In this document: positions 12,605 to 24,910 of the stretch, piece after piece
How positions within the stretch are numbered: position 1 is the first letter of the stretch
Layout: every line of letters begins with the position of its first letter
Source of the DNA: Macrostomum lignano
Taxonomy: Eukaryota
DNA: 64,000 nt
Direction: 5' to 3'
Assembly: GCA_002269645.1 (NCBI GenBank)
Contig: NIVC01000205.1
Location: 1 to 64,000 of the forward strand
Notes under the pieces: model-generated
Databases searched by the model: none
The model's input: only the letters and a program-made list of their open reading frames with translations
Told to the model about the DNA's origin: nothing
Translations under genes and position numbers: made by a program

Positions 12605-13965
12605 CCTGCTACACCATATTGTTAAAAGCGATTTTATTGCCTGCATTTCTGCTACCCCAGATTGTTAAAGCGATTTTATTGCCTGCATTTCTGCTACCCC
12701 AGATTGTTAAATGCGATTTTATTGCCTGCATTTCTGCTACCCCAGATTGTTAAAAGCGATTTCATTGCCTGCATTTCTGCTACCCCAGATTGTTAAATGC
12801 GATTTCATTGCCTGCATTTCTGCTACCCCAGATTGTTAAATGCGATTTTATTGCCTGCATTTCTGCTACCCCAGATTGTTAAAAGCGATTTTATTGCCTG
12901 CATTTCTGCTACCCCAGATTGTTAAAAGCGATTTTATTGCCTGCATTTCTGCTACCCCAGATTGTTAAAAGCGATTTCATTGCCTGCATTTCTGCTACCC
13001 CAGATTGTTAAAAGCGATTTTATTGCCTGCATTTCTGCTACCCCAGATTGTTAAATGCGATTTTATTGCCTGCATTTCTGCTACCCCAGATTGTTAAAAG
13101 CGATTTCATTGCCTGCATTTCTGCTACCCCAGATTGTTAAAAGCGATTTTATTGCCTGCATTTCTGCTACCCCAGATTGTTAAATGCGATTTTATTGCCT
13201 GCATTTCTGCTACCCCAGATTGTTAAAAGCGATTTTATTGCCTGCATTTCTGCTACCCCAGATTGTTAAATGCGATTTTATTGCCTGCATTTCTGCTACC
13301 CCAGATTGTTAAAAGCGATTTCATTGCCTGCATTTCTGCTACCCCAGATTGTTAAAAGCGATTTTATTGCCTGCATTTCTGCTACCCCAGATTGTTAAAT
13401 GCGATTTTATTGCCTGCATTTCTGCTACCCCAGATTGTTAAAAGCGATTTCATTGCCTGCATTTCTGCTACCCCAGATTGTTAAAAGCGATTTTATTGCC
13501 TGCATTTCTGCTACCCCAGATTGTTAAAAGCGATTTTATTGCCTGCATTTCTGCTACCCCAGATTGTTAAATGCGATTTTATTGCCTGCATTTCTGCTAC
13601 CCCAGATTGTTAAAAGCGATTTCATTGCCTGCATTTCTGCTACCCCAGATTGTTAAATGCGATTTTATTGCCTGCATTTCTGCTACCCCAGATTGTTAAA
13701 AGCGATTTTATTGCCTGCATTTCTGCTACCCCAGATTGTTAACAGCGATTTTATTGCCTGCATTTCTGCTACCTTAGATTTTTAAATGCGGTTTTATTGC
13801 CTGCATTCCTGCTACCCCAGATTATTAAATGCGGTTTTATTGCCTGCATTCCTGCTACCCCAGATTATTAAATGCGGTTTTATTGCCTGCATTCCTGCTA
13901 CCCCAGATTATTAAATGCGGTTTTATTGCCTGCACCCATCCTACCCCAGACATTACTAAATGCGA
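12605..13965. repeat. Minisatellite, 43-bp unit GATTGTTAAA(A/T)GCGATTT(T/C)ATTGCCTGCATTTCTGCTACCCCA, about 32 copies
   Basis: Direct reading; 43-bp period confirmed between 12703 and 12746. Confidence 0.95.
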
Positions 13966-14719
13966 TATTATATATTTAGCCTAGTTTTCCTGTTTTAAAG
14001 CTAATTCTAGCTAAATTCTAGATTCTAGTCCGACACTACACTGAGAGTACAACAGGCCAGGAAACTAATGTATACTTTGATAAATAATGCAGCTATAGAT
14101 AGCATAGACTAAAAAAGTCAAAAACTCAATCTTCCCTAATTGACAGCCACAGCCGAACTATTAATGCATTAAGTGAGGAGAGAACTCCCAATTAGAGCTG
14201 TGTAAATGCACTTTTCCCTTCGTTAGTCTCGAACTAGATCTGCGAGAATTGGAAATGGGACGGGTCCTGCAATGAGGTTGCAATAGGAAAATTAATTGAG
14301 AACGATAAAAACTAATGGGATCGCGAGAACAGATTTCATGTGAAAATTTCCGCCTTCGCGGCTTCGGATTTTCATTGTGCCATCAGACTGTCAGGCGCTT
14401 CCGCTTTTGCGATTCAAATGATGATAAAGGCGTCACAGCTCTTTTGGCCGAAATTGCGCAAATCAATTTCTATTGGTTGATTATTTATCAGCTTTAGTTT
14501 ATGATGCAGCGCCGATGCCGATAATGAAGAACAGCCAAAGATGCATAAGCTTCATTATTATAGAAATTGTGAAACTTTTTACTTTCAACAATAATGCACT
14601 TGATATATCACTCATTTATCGATCTGTTGATGCGCTCAGGGCGTATATATTTATTGTAAATAATTGGTTGATTTAATGAATGATGTATTGATTGAGCGGT
14701 TAATTAAATGAGCGAACGA

Positions 14720-15238
14720 CGATTGATTGATTGCATGACTGATCGATTAATTGATTGATTGATTGATTGATTGCTTGACTGATTGATTGATTGACTGATT
14801 GATTGACTGATTGATTGATTGATTGCATGACTGATCGATTAATTGATTGATTGATTAATTGATTGCTTGACTGATTGATTGATTGACTAATTGATTGACT
14901 GATTGATTGATTGCATGACTGATCGATTAATTGATTGATTGATTGATTGATTGCTTGACTGATTGATTGATTGACTGATTGATTGACTGATTGATTGATT
15001 GCATGACTGATCGATTAATTGATTGATTGATTGATTGATTGCATGACTGATCGATTAATTGATTGATTGATTGATTGATTGCTTGACTGATTGATTGATT
15101 GACTGATTGATTGACTGATTGATTGATTGCTTGACTGATCTATTGATTGACTGATTGATTGATTGATTGCTTGATTGATTGATTGATTGACTGATTGATT
15201 GATTGACTGATTGATTGATTGCATGACTGATCGATTAA

Positions 15239-15269
<31 letters not shown>

Positions 15270-15535
15270 ATTGATTGATTGACTGATTGATTGACTGATT
15301 GATTGATTGCTTGATTGATTGACTGATTGACTGATTGATTGATTGCATGACTGATCGATTAATTGATTGATTGCTTGATTGATTGATTGATTGATTGCTT
15401 GATTAACTGACTGATTGATTGACTGATCGATTGATCGATTGACTGATTGATTGATTGATTGATTGATTGACTGATTGATTGACTTATTGATTGACTGATT
15501 GATTGATTGACAGATTGATCGATTGATTGATTAAC
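14720..15535. repeat. (GATT/GACT)n tetranucleotide microsatellite with higher-order blocks
   Basis: Direct reading; the motif GCATGACTGATCGATTAATT recurs periodically. Confidence 0.95.
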
Positions 15536-15874
15536 TGAATCGCTTGTTAACTGTTTAATAATGATGATGATAGAGAAACAGTCAAAAGTATTTTCAAATA
15601 GAAAATGCCACGTCCTTACAAAAGTGTTTTGTGCTCCATATTGAAGTGCTTATTTGTCCTAGGGATTAGGAATGAACTTTAAAAGATTTAGGGAAACTCA
15701 ACACCAATCCGAGATGCTTATTTGGTCAGCTGTATCAACTCAACTGCTCTTTGAGTTTTTTCCTCTTCGCATTTCATTATTTATGAAGCTCTCTGATTTT
15801 ATGCTGTATTTTTTCACCGCAGTTGGAAACTCTGTTTCATCTGTGGACTGCGAACTCCTGCTCGTGATCAGCTC

Positions 15875-16360
15875 CCTCTCCCCTCTTCCCACCCCCCCTC
15901 TCCCCCTCCCACTCTCTTCATCTCTACCTCTCTTTCCTCCGCCTCTCTGCCTTCCGCCTCTCTTCCTCTCTCCCTCTCTCCCCCCTCTAATTCTCTCCCC
16001 TCTGCCTCTTTCTCTCCCTCTCTCCCCTTCTACCTCTCTCCAGTCTAACTTTCTATCCTCTGCCTCTCTCCCCTCTACCTCTCTTCCCTCTGCCTCTCTC
16101 CCCTCTACCTCTCTTCCATTTGCCTCTCTCCCCTCTGACTCTCTCTCGCCTCTGCCTTTCTCCCCTCCGTCTCTCTCTCCTCTTCCTCTCCCCCCTCTAC
16201 TTCTCTCCCCTCTGCCTCTCTCCCCTCTCCCTCTCTCCCCTCTCCCTCTCTCCCTTCTCCATCTCCCCCCTCTCCCTCTCTCCCCTCTACCTCTCTCCTC
16301 TTCTCTCCTTTCTACCTCTCTCCATCTATACCGTTTCCTTTCTATCCCTCCCCCTCTCTT
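15875..16360. repeat. CT-rich polypyrimidine low-complexity tract
   Basis: Direct reading. Confidence 0.9.
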
Positions 16361-16904
16361 CTGCACACACAGCGTCAGTTCTGCATTCACCATAGCAACA
16401 CAGAGAGATGAACCTGAATTGCAGTCGATGGTAGTCAATAGTAACTCTTGCACTGCAAATGAAGTCACTGGAGGAGAAAATTGAAAAAAATTGAAATGCG
16501 ACGCAGAAAAACTGCAACATATTATATATGCCTCCATCCTTCGCTTACAAACAAACGATGGCCCAGTTCAAATCCCCTCCGCTGTACCGCCTGTCTCTCC
16601 GCGCTAAAAAGTCAGTTTTTATCCCAATGCTACGGATTTTGTATTCCTTCATTCCTTCTCAATTCTGTTGTTATTTACATATTGCAATACAGCCTTTTGC
16701 TTGTACTGCCTGCGGGAGGGATTATAATGGGGCACTCACCGCTGTAGTGGACACATATGAACGGGTGTGACAGGGGGTCTTGCTGTTCTGCTAGAAGCTG
16801 TGAAGCCCGCGTTTTTTGAGGAAATCCAGGATTACTGCATTGTGCAGATTACAGTTCTGGATCAGAAGAGATTAGATCTGTTGGGGAGAAGTGATTAAAA
16901 ATAT

Positions 16905-17890
16905 AGATAAGAGAGATTAGATTTGTAAATGGGTGTTTAGATTTGTGAATTGGTTGATTAAATTTGTGAATGGGTGACTAGATTTGTGAATTGGTTGATT
17001 AAATTTGTGAATGGGTGACTAGATTTGTGAATGGGTGACTAGATTTGTGAATGGGTGGTTAGATTTGTGAATGGGTGCCTAGATTTGTGAATGGTTGATT
17101 AGATTTGTGAATGGGTGATTAGATTTGTGAATGGGTGACTAGATTTGTGAATGGGTGCCTAGATTTGTGAATGGGTGACTAGATTTGTGAATGGGTGATT
17201 AGATTTGTGAATGGGTGATTAGATTTGTGAATGGGTGACTAGATTTGTGAATGGGTGCCTAGATTTGTGAATGGGTGACTAGATTTGTGAATGGGTGATT
17301 AGATCTGTGAATGGGTGATTAGATTTGTGAATGGGTGACTAGATTTGTGAATGGGTGATTAGATTTATGAATGGGTGACTAGATTTGTGAATGGGTGGTT
17401 AAATTTGTGAATGGGTGACTAGATTTGTTAATGGGTGATTAGATTTGTGAATGGGTGATTAGATTTGTGAATGGGTGATTAGATTTGTGAATGGGTGACT
17501 AGATTTGTGAATGGGTGATTAGATTTGTGAATGGGTGACTAGATTTGTTAATAGGTGATTAAATTTGTGAATGGGTGACTAGATTTTTGAATGGGTGACT
17601 AGATTTGTGAATGGGTGACTAGATTTGTAAATGGGTGATTAGATTTGTGAATAAGTGATTAGATCTGTGAATGGGTGATTAGATTTGTGAATGGGTGACT
17701 AGATTTGTTAATGGGTGATTAGATTTGTGAATGGGTGACTAGATTTTTGAATGGGTGATTAGATTTGTGAATGGGTGACTAGATTTGTTAATGGGTGATT
17801 AGATTTGTGAATGGGTGATTAGATTTGTGAATGGGTGCCTAGATTTGTGAATGGGTGATTAGATTTGTGAATGGGTGATTAGATTTCCAG
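16905..17890. repeat. Minisatellite, 20-bp unit AGATTTGTGAATGGGTGA(C/T)T, about 49 copies
   Basis: Direct reading. Confidence 0.95.
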
Positions 17891-18524
17891 ATCATGGAGA
17901 TTAGATACGTGGATGAGGCAGACTCGAGTTTAGGGAGATAATATATGGAAAATCGTATTTGTTAATTGTGGAGATGTGTGACTTAAATAAGGGTTAATAT
18001 TATTTGCATACCTAACTAAATGCATAACCAACTATAATACACCCCCAGCATCTAGTATGCCTCATCCGAGATGCATTGTCAGCCTCTCATACTATGGCAG
18101 TTTTGCACAAACATGACAAGCCCTCCAGACTGCCCCCTCCCCGGCCTCTGGGCAGCCTGGCTGATCAATCCATGCGAGCGCTCTCTCTCTCCGATTGAGG
18201 AAGGCCCGGGGACAAGGCATTGTTTAAATGGAGGCCATAAAAATCACCCGGCCTAAACCCACCTCCAATTAAGTGCCAGATGCGCTGCTGGCCTGAGAGG
18301 GGGGTTAAAACACTGAGCTCATCCCCAATAGATCACCAAATGATGCCTGGCTGCCTGCAATACCATATAACATTGGTAGATATGGTTGACACTGTACAGC
18401 CACCGATAGCACTCTTGCAGAAACTTAGCACCGGGTGCGACTTGCGCTCCATCTTGACCCCTGAGGGAATTCATAGTCTGGCTTTGAGAGCACTTTATTT
18501 ATTAAATGTTTTTCATTCATACTC

Positions 18525-19160
18525 CTGACTGTCTGAACTTCTGACTCTCTCAACCCCTGACTCTCTCAAACCCTGACTCTCTCAACCCCTGACTCTCTCA
18601 AACCCTGACTCTCTCAACCCCTGACTCTCTCAACCCCTAACTCTCTCAACCCCTGTCTCAACCTCTGACTTTCTCAAACCCTGACTCTCTTAAACCCTGA
18701 CTCTCTCAAACCCTGACTCTCTCAACCCTGACTCTTCCAACCCCTGAATCTTTCAACCCCGGACTCTTTCAACCCCTGACTCTCTCAAACCCTGACTCTC
18801 TCAACCCCTGACTCTCTCAACCCCTGACTCTTTCAACCCCTGACTCTCTCAACCCCTGACTCTCTCAACCCCTGACTCTCTCAACCCCTGACTCTCTCAA
18901 CTTCTGACTCTCTCAAACCCTGACTCTCTTAACTTCTGACTCTCTCAGCCCCTGACTCTCTTAACCCTGATTCCCTCAACCCCTGACTCTCTCAGCCCCT
19001 GACTCTCTCAACCCCTGACTTTCTCAACCCATGACTCTTTCAACCCCTGACTCTTTCAACCCCTGACTCTTTCAACCCCTGACTCTTTCAGCCCCTGACT
19101 CTCTCAGCCCCTGACTTCTCAACCCATGACTCTTTCAATCCCAGACTCTCTCAGCCCCTG
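18525..19160. repeat. Minisatellite, 16-bp unit CCCCTGACTCTCTCAA, about 39 copies
   Basis: Direct reading. Confidence 0.95.
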
Positions 19161-19724
19161 ATGAAAAAACACGGGGTAATGTACTTGACTCTAAGCTACC
19201 TTACAATGAAGACATCGGGTGAAAACAGTCAAGCAAACTCCACTCCAACACCCGCATGTGGTTCGCCAAAAAATTCGAATTATATCAAAATCGACCGCCC
19301 ACAGATGCTACTGACACATCACCGCCCCATAGTTTGTGAGGAAAACATTTCGGCAAAAGCATTTTTCCCTATCGTACAATTCAGGCCGCGGGCTTGCTTT
19401 TTTCTTCCCTGGTGGAATTGTCAGAAAACCCTCTTTCTCCTTGAATCTGATACCGCAGAAACACGTGCGGTCTCGGTGGCTGCGGGATGCCTGGCAGATG
19501 CTCGACTATAGCGCGAAATTGGCTCTAGCTATAAGGCTTATAGAGCCATTTTAGTTAGAAGTACTTTCTGTTCTTAATCTCACTCTCTCAGCTGCACCGT
19601 GCACTCACTTATCTCACTCACGTGGTCTCACTTTGAACCCGACTTCTCGTGTCTAATTCCGTTTGGTTAATAATGCTTGTGTTTGTCTTACCTGCTGGGG
19701 TTCTTGTCTTACAGCGTCCCTTAT

Positions 19725-20066
19725 CCTATCTCAGCTGTGTCCCTTATCCCATCTCTGTGTCCCTTATCGCATCTCTGTGTCCCTTATCCCATCTCTGTGT
19801 CCCTTATCCCATCTCCATGTCCCTGATCCCATCTCCATGTCCCTTATCTCATCTCTTATCCCTATTCCAACATCTTATCTCTCTGTCTCTCATCTTATCT
19901 CTCTGTCTCTCATCTTATCTCTCTGTCTCTCATCTTATCTCTCTGTCTCTCATCTTATCTCTCTGTCTTTCATCTTATCTCTCTGTCTCTCATCTTATCT
20001 CTCTGTCTCTCATCTTATCTCTCTGTCTCTCATCTTATCTCTCTGTCTCTCATCTTATCTCTCTGC
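19725..20066. repeat. Minisatellite, 20-bp units grading from CCCTTATCCCATCTCTGTGT to TCATCTTATCTCTCTGTCTC
   Basis: Direct reading. Confidence 0.9.
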
Positions 20067-20144
20067 CCTTTAACTCATCACTGTCTTTCAAAACCATCTT
20101 AGCACCAGGCAAAACCCGATCAAATGCTGCAGTAAGAAACTTAC

Positions 20145-20289
20145 CCAGCAGATCAATCTGAGGATCAACCACAGAGTACTTTCTCAATCTGGTGTGCTGC
20201 TGCTGCTGCCTCTGGGGCGGAGACTCCGAGCTGTCATTGTCATCACTGCCGTCTTTCATCACAACTACCGAGCCTCTAGCAGTGGTCAT
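20145..20289 (-). CDS. Probable first coding exon (MTTARGSVVVMKDGSDDNDSSESPPQRQQQQHTRLRKYSVVDPQIDLL, phase 1); possibly the distal first exon of the stomatin gene
   Basis: ATG, consensus donor G|gtaagt, and promoter-like motifs about 160-190 bp upstream. The link to stomatin is inference. Confidence 0.45.
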
Positions 20290-20448
20290 TGCCTATTGAC
20301 TATTGCTTAGCGAACGACTATTTGATGCACTTTTGATAGGGTTCAGTGGGACTAACTAGGCACGTTGAGAAGGCAGAGTCCATTCTCTCCGGGATCGCGG
20401 TTTTCTAGATTTCTGGTCCTCTGGACGATGTGGTAGGGCTAGGGCTGG

Positions 20449-20480
20449 CCAATCAGCTGGGGTGACGTGCTGCACCCAAT
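20449..20480. promoter_or_regulatory. Promoter-like cluster: two CCAAT boxes flanking a CRE-like TGACGT
   Basis: GGCCAATCAG (CCAAT 20449-20453), TGACGT 20463-20468, CCAAT 20476-20480, upstream of the 20289 exon. Confidence 0.4.
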
Positions 20481-20649
20481 ACCCCGCACTGCCGATCTGT
20501 GGAACTGCCGCGAGATGCGCTACTGGCATAGCAAAGTAGTGTGGCTAGAAAATATTTGACTATTCTAATGGAGACAAAACTTCCCGGCTAAAAGTTAACT
20601 ATGAATACTTCTTCTCATGATCTTAGAGCACCTTGTCTCTTACCCCTCT

Positions 20650-21415
20650 GGACACCTATCTGGACATTCATCTAAATACCCATCTAGACGCTCATCTAGA
20701 CACTCATCTAGAAACCCATCTAGACACTCATCTAAAAACCCATCTAGACACCTTCTAGACACCCATCAAGACGCTATCTAGACACCCATTTAGACAACTA
20801 TCTAGATACGCATCTAAACATCTATATATCTATTTAGATACCCATCTAGACACCCTAGACACCCATCTAGATACCAATCAAGACATCTATAAATCTAATC
20901 CAGACACCAATCTAGGCACTAATCCAGACACCCATCTAGACACCCATCTAGACACCCACCAAGACACCCAGACACCCATCTAGACACCCACCTAGACACC
21001 CATCTAGACACCCACCTAGACACCCATCTAGACACCCAGACACCCCCATCTAGACACTTATCTAGATACCCATCTAGACACCCAGACACCCCCATCTAGG
21101 CACCCAGACACCCATCTAGACACTTATCTAGATACCCATCTAGACACCCAGACACCCATCTAGACACCCATCTAGACACCCATCTAGACACCCATCTAGA
21201 CACCCATCTAGACACCCATCTAGACACCCATCTAGACACCCAGACACCCATCTAGACACCCATCTAGACACCCATCTAGACACCCATCTAGACACCCATC
21301 TAGACACCCATCTAGACACCCATCTAGACACCCATCTAGACACCCATCTAGACACCCATCTAGACACCCATCTAGACACCCATCTAGACACCCATCTAGA
21401 CACCCATTTAGACAG
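20650..21415. repeat. Minisatellite, 12-bp unit CATCTAGACACC, about 60 copies, degenerate on the left and homogeneous on the right
   Basis: Direct reading. Confidence 0.95.
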
Positions 21416-22036
21416 CTAGCCGTCTAGAAACATTCAATTATTCTATAGGATTCAAGCAAATCGAGTAAAATTAATGCATTTTCAGTTATATACAAAGTGC
21501 TACGAGCTAACATAAGAATAGATTGAAGACGAATCTTGATGACCTGGACAGAAAAAAAGTCGCCTAAAAGTCACGAAGGCCAACAGAAATGCTGATGGAA
21601 ATTCTCTGTGGACTTCATAAGAATCTCTACAATTCTTAGCGTTTGGTTTCGCAAAATGTACACGCAAATTCGTTTTGTTCATAGCCGACTTTATTAAGAT
21701 TTCTATACACACCCAGAAAGAAAACAGCTGTTATACTGTTGGCAAAACCAGTGCCCCTACCGTACCTAGACAGTCTGTCCGCAATGTCTTCTTGTCTTAA
21801 CCTCTGCGTTTAAATGCTCCTACCAAAGGCTGTCACTGATGGTTGGGTATGCATTTTCCAGACTCGATTCTGTGATTGATGTTTGGCAACACACATTTAG
21901 TTGCGTATGGGTTATTACCCGTTCATACTGACCGCCGGTGATTGATTAGTCATAGGTACCTTTAGCAAGCAGAGGGTATCGGGGTCCTGAAGTCCTACTG
22001 AGTCATACATTCTGTAGCGAGAATCAAGCGAATTGA

Positions 22037-24586
22037 GTTCTCCGCATCCTGAGTCAAGCGCTACTGATCCTGAGTCAAGCGCTACTGATCCTGAGTCAAG
22101 CACCACTGATCCTGAGTCAAGCACCACTGATCCTGAGTCAAGCACTACTGATCCTGAGTCAAGCGCTACTGATCCTGAGTCAAGCGCTACTGATCCTGAG
22201 TCAAGCACCACTGATCCTGAGTCAAGCACCACTGATCCTGAGTCAAGCACCACTGATCCTGAGTCAAGCACCACTGATACTGAATCAAGCACCGCTGATA
22301 CTGAATCAAGCACCACTGATACTGAATCAAGCACCGCTGATACTGAATCAAGCACCACTGATCCTGAATAAAGCACCACTGATACTGAATCAAGCACCAC
22401 TGATCCTGAATCAAGCACCGCTGATACTGAATCAAGCACCGCTGATCCTGAATCAAGCACCACTGATACTGAATCAAGCACCACTGATCCTGAATCAAGC
22501 ACCACTGATACTGAATCAAGCACCGCTGATACTGAATCAAGCACCGCTGATACTGAATCAAGCACCACTGATCCTGAATCAAGCACCACTGATACTGAAT
22601 CAAGCACCGCTGATACTGAATCAAGCACCGCTGATACTGAATCAAGCACCACTAATCCTGAATAAAGCACCACTGATAGTGAATCAAGCACCACTGATAG
22701 TGAATCAAGCACCGCTGATACTGAATCAAGCACCGCTGATACTGAATCAAGCACCACTAATCCTGAATAAAGCACCACTGATACTGAATCAAGCACCACT
22801 GATAGTGAATCAAGCACCACTGATCCTGAATCAAGCACCGCTGATACTGAATCAAGCACCGCTGATACTGAATCAAGCACCACTGATACTGAATCAAGCA
22901 CCACTGATACTGAATCAAGCACCACTGATACTGAATCAAGCACCGCTGATACTGAATCAAGCACCGCTGATACTGAATCAAGCACCACTGATCCTGAATC
23001 AAGCACCACTGATACTGAATCAAGCACCGCTGATACTGAATCAAGCACCACTGATACTGAATCAAGCACCACTGATCCTGAATCAAGCACCGCTGATACT
23101 GAATCAAGCACCGCTGATCCTGAATCAAGCACCACTGATACTGAATCAAGCACCACTGATCCTGAATCAAGCACCACTGATACTGAATCAAGCACCGCTG
23201 ATACTGAATCAAGCACCGCTGATACTGAATCAAGCACCACTGATCCTGAATCAAGCACCACTGATACTGAATCAAGCACCGCTGATACTGAATCAAGCAC
23301 CGCTGATACTGAATCAAGCACCACTAATCCTGAATCAAGCACCACTGATACTGAATCAAGCACCGCTGATACTGAATCAAGCACCGCTGATACTGAATCA
23401 AGCACCACTGATACTGAATCAAGCACCGCTGATACTGAATCAAGCACCACTGATCCTGAATCAAGCACCACTGATACTGAATCAAGCACCGCTGATACTG
23501 AATCAAGCACCGCTGATACTGAATCAAGCACCGCTGATACTGAATCAAGCACCGCTGATACTGAATCAAGCACCGCTGATACTGAATCAAGCACCGCTGA
23601 TACTGAATCAAGCACCGCTGATACTGAATCAAGCACCGCTGATACTGAATCAAGCACCACTGATACTGAATCAAGCACCGCTGATACTGAATCAAGCACC
23701 GCTGATACTGAATCAAGCACCGCTGATACTGAATCAAGCACCGCTGATACTGAATCAAGCACCGCTGATACTGAATCAAGCACCGCTGATACTGAATCAA
23801 GCACCGCTGATACTGAATCAAGCACCGCTGATACTGAATCAAGCACCACTGATCCTGAATAAAGCACCACTGATACTGAATCAAGCACCACTGATCCTGA
23901 ATCAAGCACCGTTGATACTGAATCAAGCACCGCTGATCCTGAATCAAGCACCGCTGATACTGAATCAAGCACCACTGATCCTGAATCAAGCACCACTGAT
24001 ACTGAATCAAGCACCGCTGATACTGAATCAAGCACCGCTGATACTGAATCAAGCACCACTGATCCTGAATCAAGCACCACTGATACTGAATCAAGCACCG
24101 CTGATACTGAATCAAGCACCGCTGATACTGAATCAAGCACCGCTGATACTGAATCAAGCACCGCTGATACTGAATCAAGCACCGCTGATACTGAATCAAG
24201 CACCGCTGATACTGAATCAAGCACCACTGATACTGAATCAAGCACCGCTGATACTGAATCAAGCACCGCTGATACTGAATCAAGCACCGCTGATACTGAA
24301 TCAAGCACCGCTGATACTGAATCAAGCACCGCTGATACTGAATCAAGCACCGCTGATACTGAATCAAGCACCGCTGATACTGAATCAAGCACCACTGATC
24401 CTGAATCAAGCACCACTGATACTGAATCAAGCACCGCTGATACTGAATCAAGCACCGCTGATACTGAATCAAGCACCGCTGATACTGAATCAAGCACCGC
24501 TGATACTGAATCAAGCACCGCTGATACTGAATCAAGCACCGCTGATACTGAATCAAGCATCGCTGATCATGAATCAAGCGACCTGA
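22037..24586 (+). CDS. Possible coding heptad-repeat exon (NQAPLIL)n, about 850 codons
   Basis: The frame of ORF 22679-24586 is stop-free back to 22037; the frequent unit variants are synonymous in this frame only. No ATG at its start and no homology known to me. Confidence 0.25.
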   Translation, partial: VLRILSQALLILSQALLILSQAPLILSQAPLILSQALLILSQALLILSQALLILSQAPLILSQAPLILSQAPLILSQAPLILNQAPLILNQAPLILNQAPLILNQAPLILNKAPLILNQAPLILNQAPLILNQAPLILNQAPLILNQAPLILNQAPLILNQAPLILNQAPLILNQAPLILNQAPLILNQAPLILNQAPLILNQAPLILNKAPLIVNQAPLIVNQAPLILNQAPLILNQAPLILNKAPLILNQAPLIVNQAPLILNQAPLILNQAPLILNQAPLILNQAPLILNQAPLILNQAPLILNQAPLILNQAPLILNQAPLILNQAPLILNQAPLILNQAPLILNQAPLILNQAPLILNQAPLILNQAPLILNQAPLILNQAPLILNQAPLILNQAPLILNQAPLILNQAPLILNQAPLILNQAPLILNQAPLILNQAPLILNQAPLILNQAPLILNQAPLILNQAPLILNQAPLILNQAPLILNQAPLILNQAPLILNQAPLILNQAPLILNQAPLILNQAPLILNQAPLILNQAPLILNQAPLILNQAPLILNQAPLILNQAPLILNQAPLILNQAPLILNQAPLILNQAPLILNQAPLILNKAPLILNQAPLILNQAPLILNQAPLILNQAPLILNQAPLILNQAPLILNQAPLILNQAPLILNQAPLILNQAPLILNQAPLILNQAPLILNQAPLILNQAPLILNQAPLILNQAPLILNQAPLILNQAPLILNQAPLILNQAPLILNQAPLILNQAPLILNQAPLILNQAPLILNQAPLILNQAPLILNQAPLILNQAPLILNQAPLILNQAPLILNQAPLILNQAPLILNQASLIMNQAT

Positions 24587-24910
24587 GTTATCCAAATCTT
24601 TAATCAGCTACCCTGTGTCCTAAAGCAAGCACCCTATACTTTGAGTCAATCGCTATTTTTCCTGAATCAAACGGTAATTTTTCAGAATCAAGCAACCCCG
24701 AATTCTGAATCAAGCAACCCGAATCCAGAATGAAGCAACCCCGAATCCAGAATGAAGCAACCCCGAATTCTGAATCAAGCAACCCGAATCCAGAATGAAG
24801 CAACCCCGAATTCTGAATCAAGCAACCCCGAATCCAGAATGAAGAAACCCCGAATCCAGAATCAAGCAACCCAAATCCTGAATAAAGCAGCCCTAACCCT
24901 GATTCAATAG
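22045..24910. repeat. Large 21-bp minisatellite GAT(A/C)CTGAATCAAGCACC(G/A)CT, about 120 copies, followed by a degenerate about 22-bp relative (24600-24910)
   Basis: Direct reading. Confidence 0.95.

Noticed and set aside
9447-16537. Ser/Leu/Pro- and Arg/Gly/Glu-rich ORFs
   Set aside because: Translations of GA/CT and GATT low-complexity tracts.
16742-19480. Small separate gene assembled from segments at 19480, 18460 and 16850
   Set aside because: Several incompatible frame and phase combinations are possible and none gives a recognisable protein.
21915-24560. 881-aa minus ORF (LDSVSAV)n as a gene
   Set aside because: All common unit variants are nonsynonymous in this frame; its openness follows from the 21-bp period.
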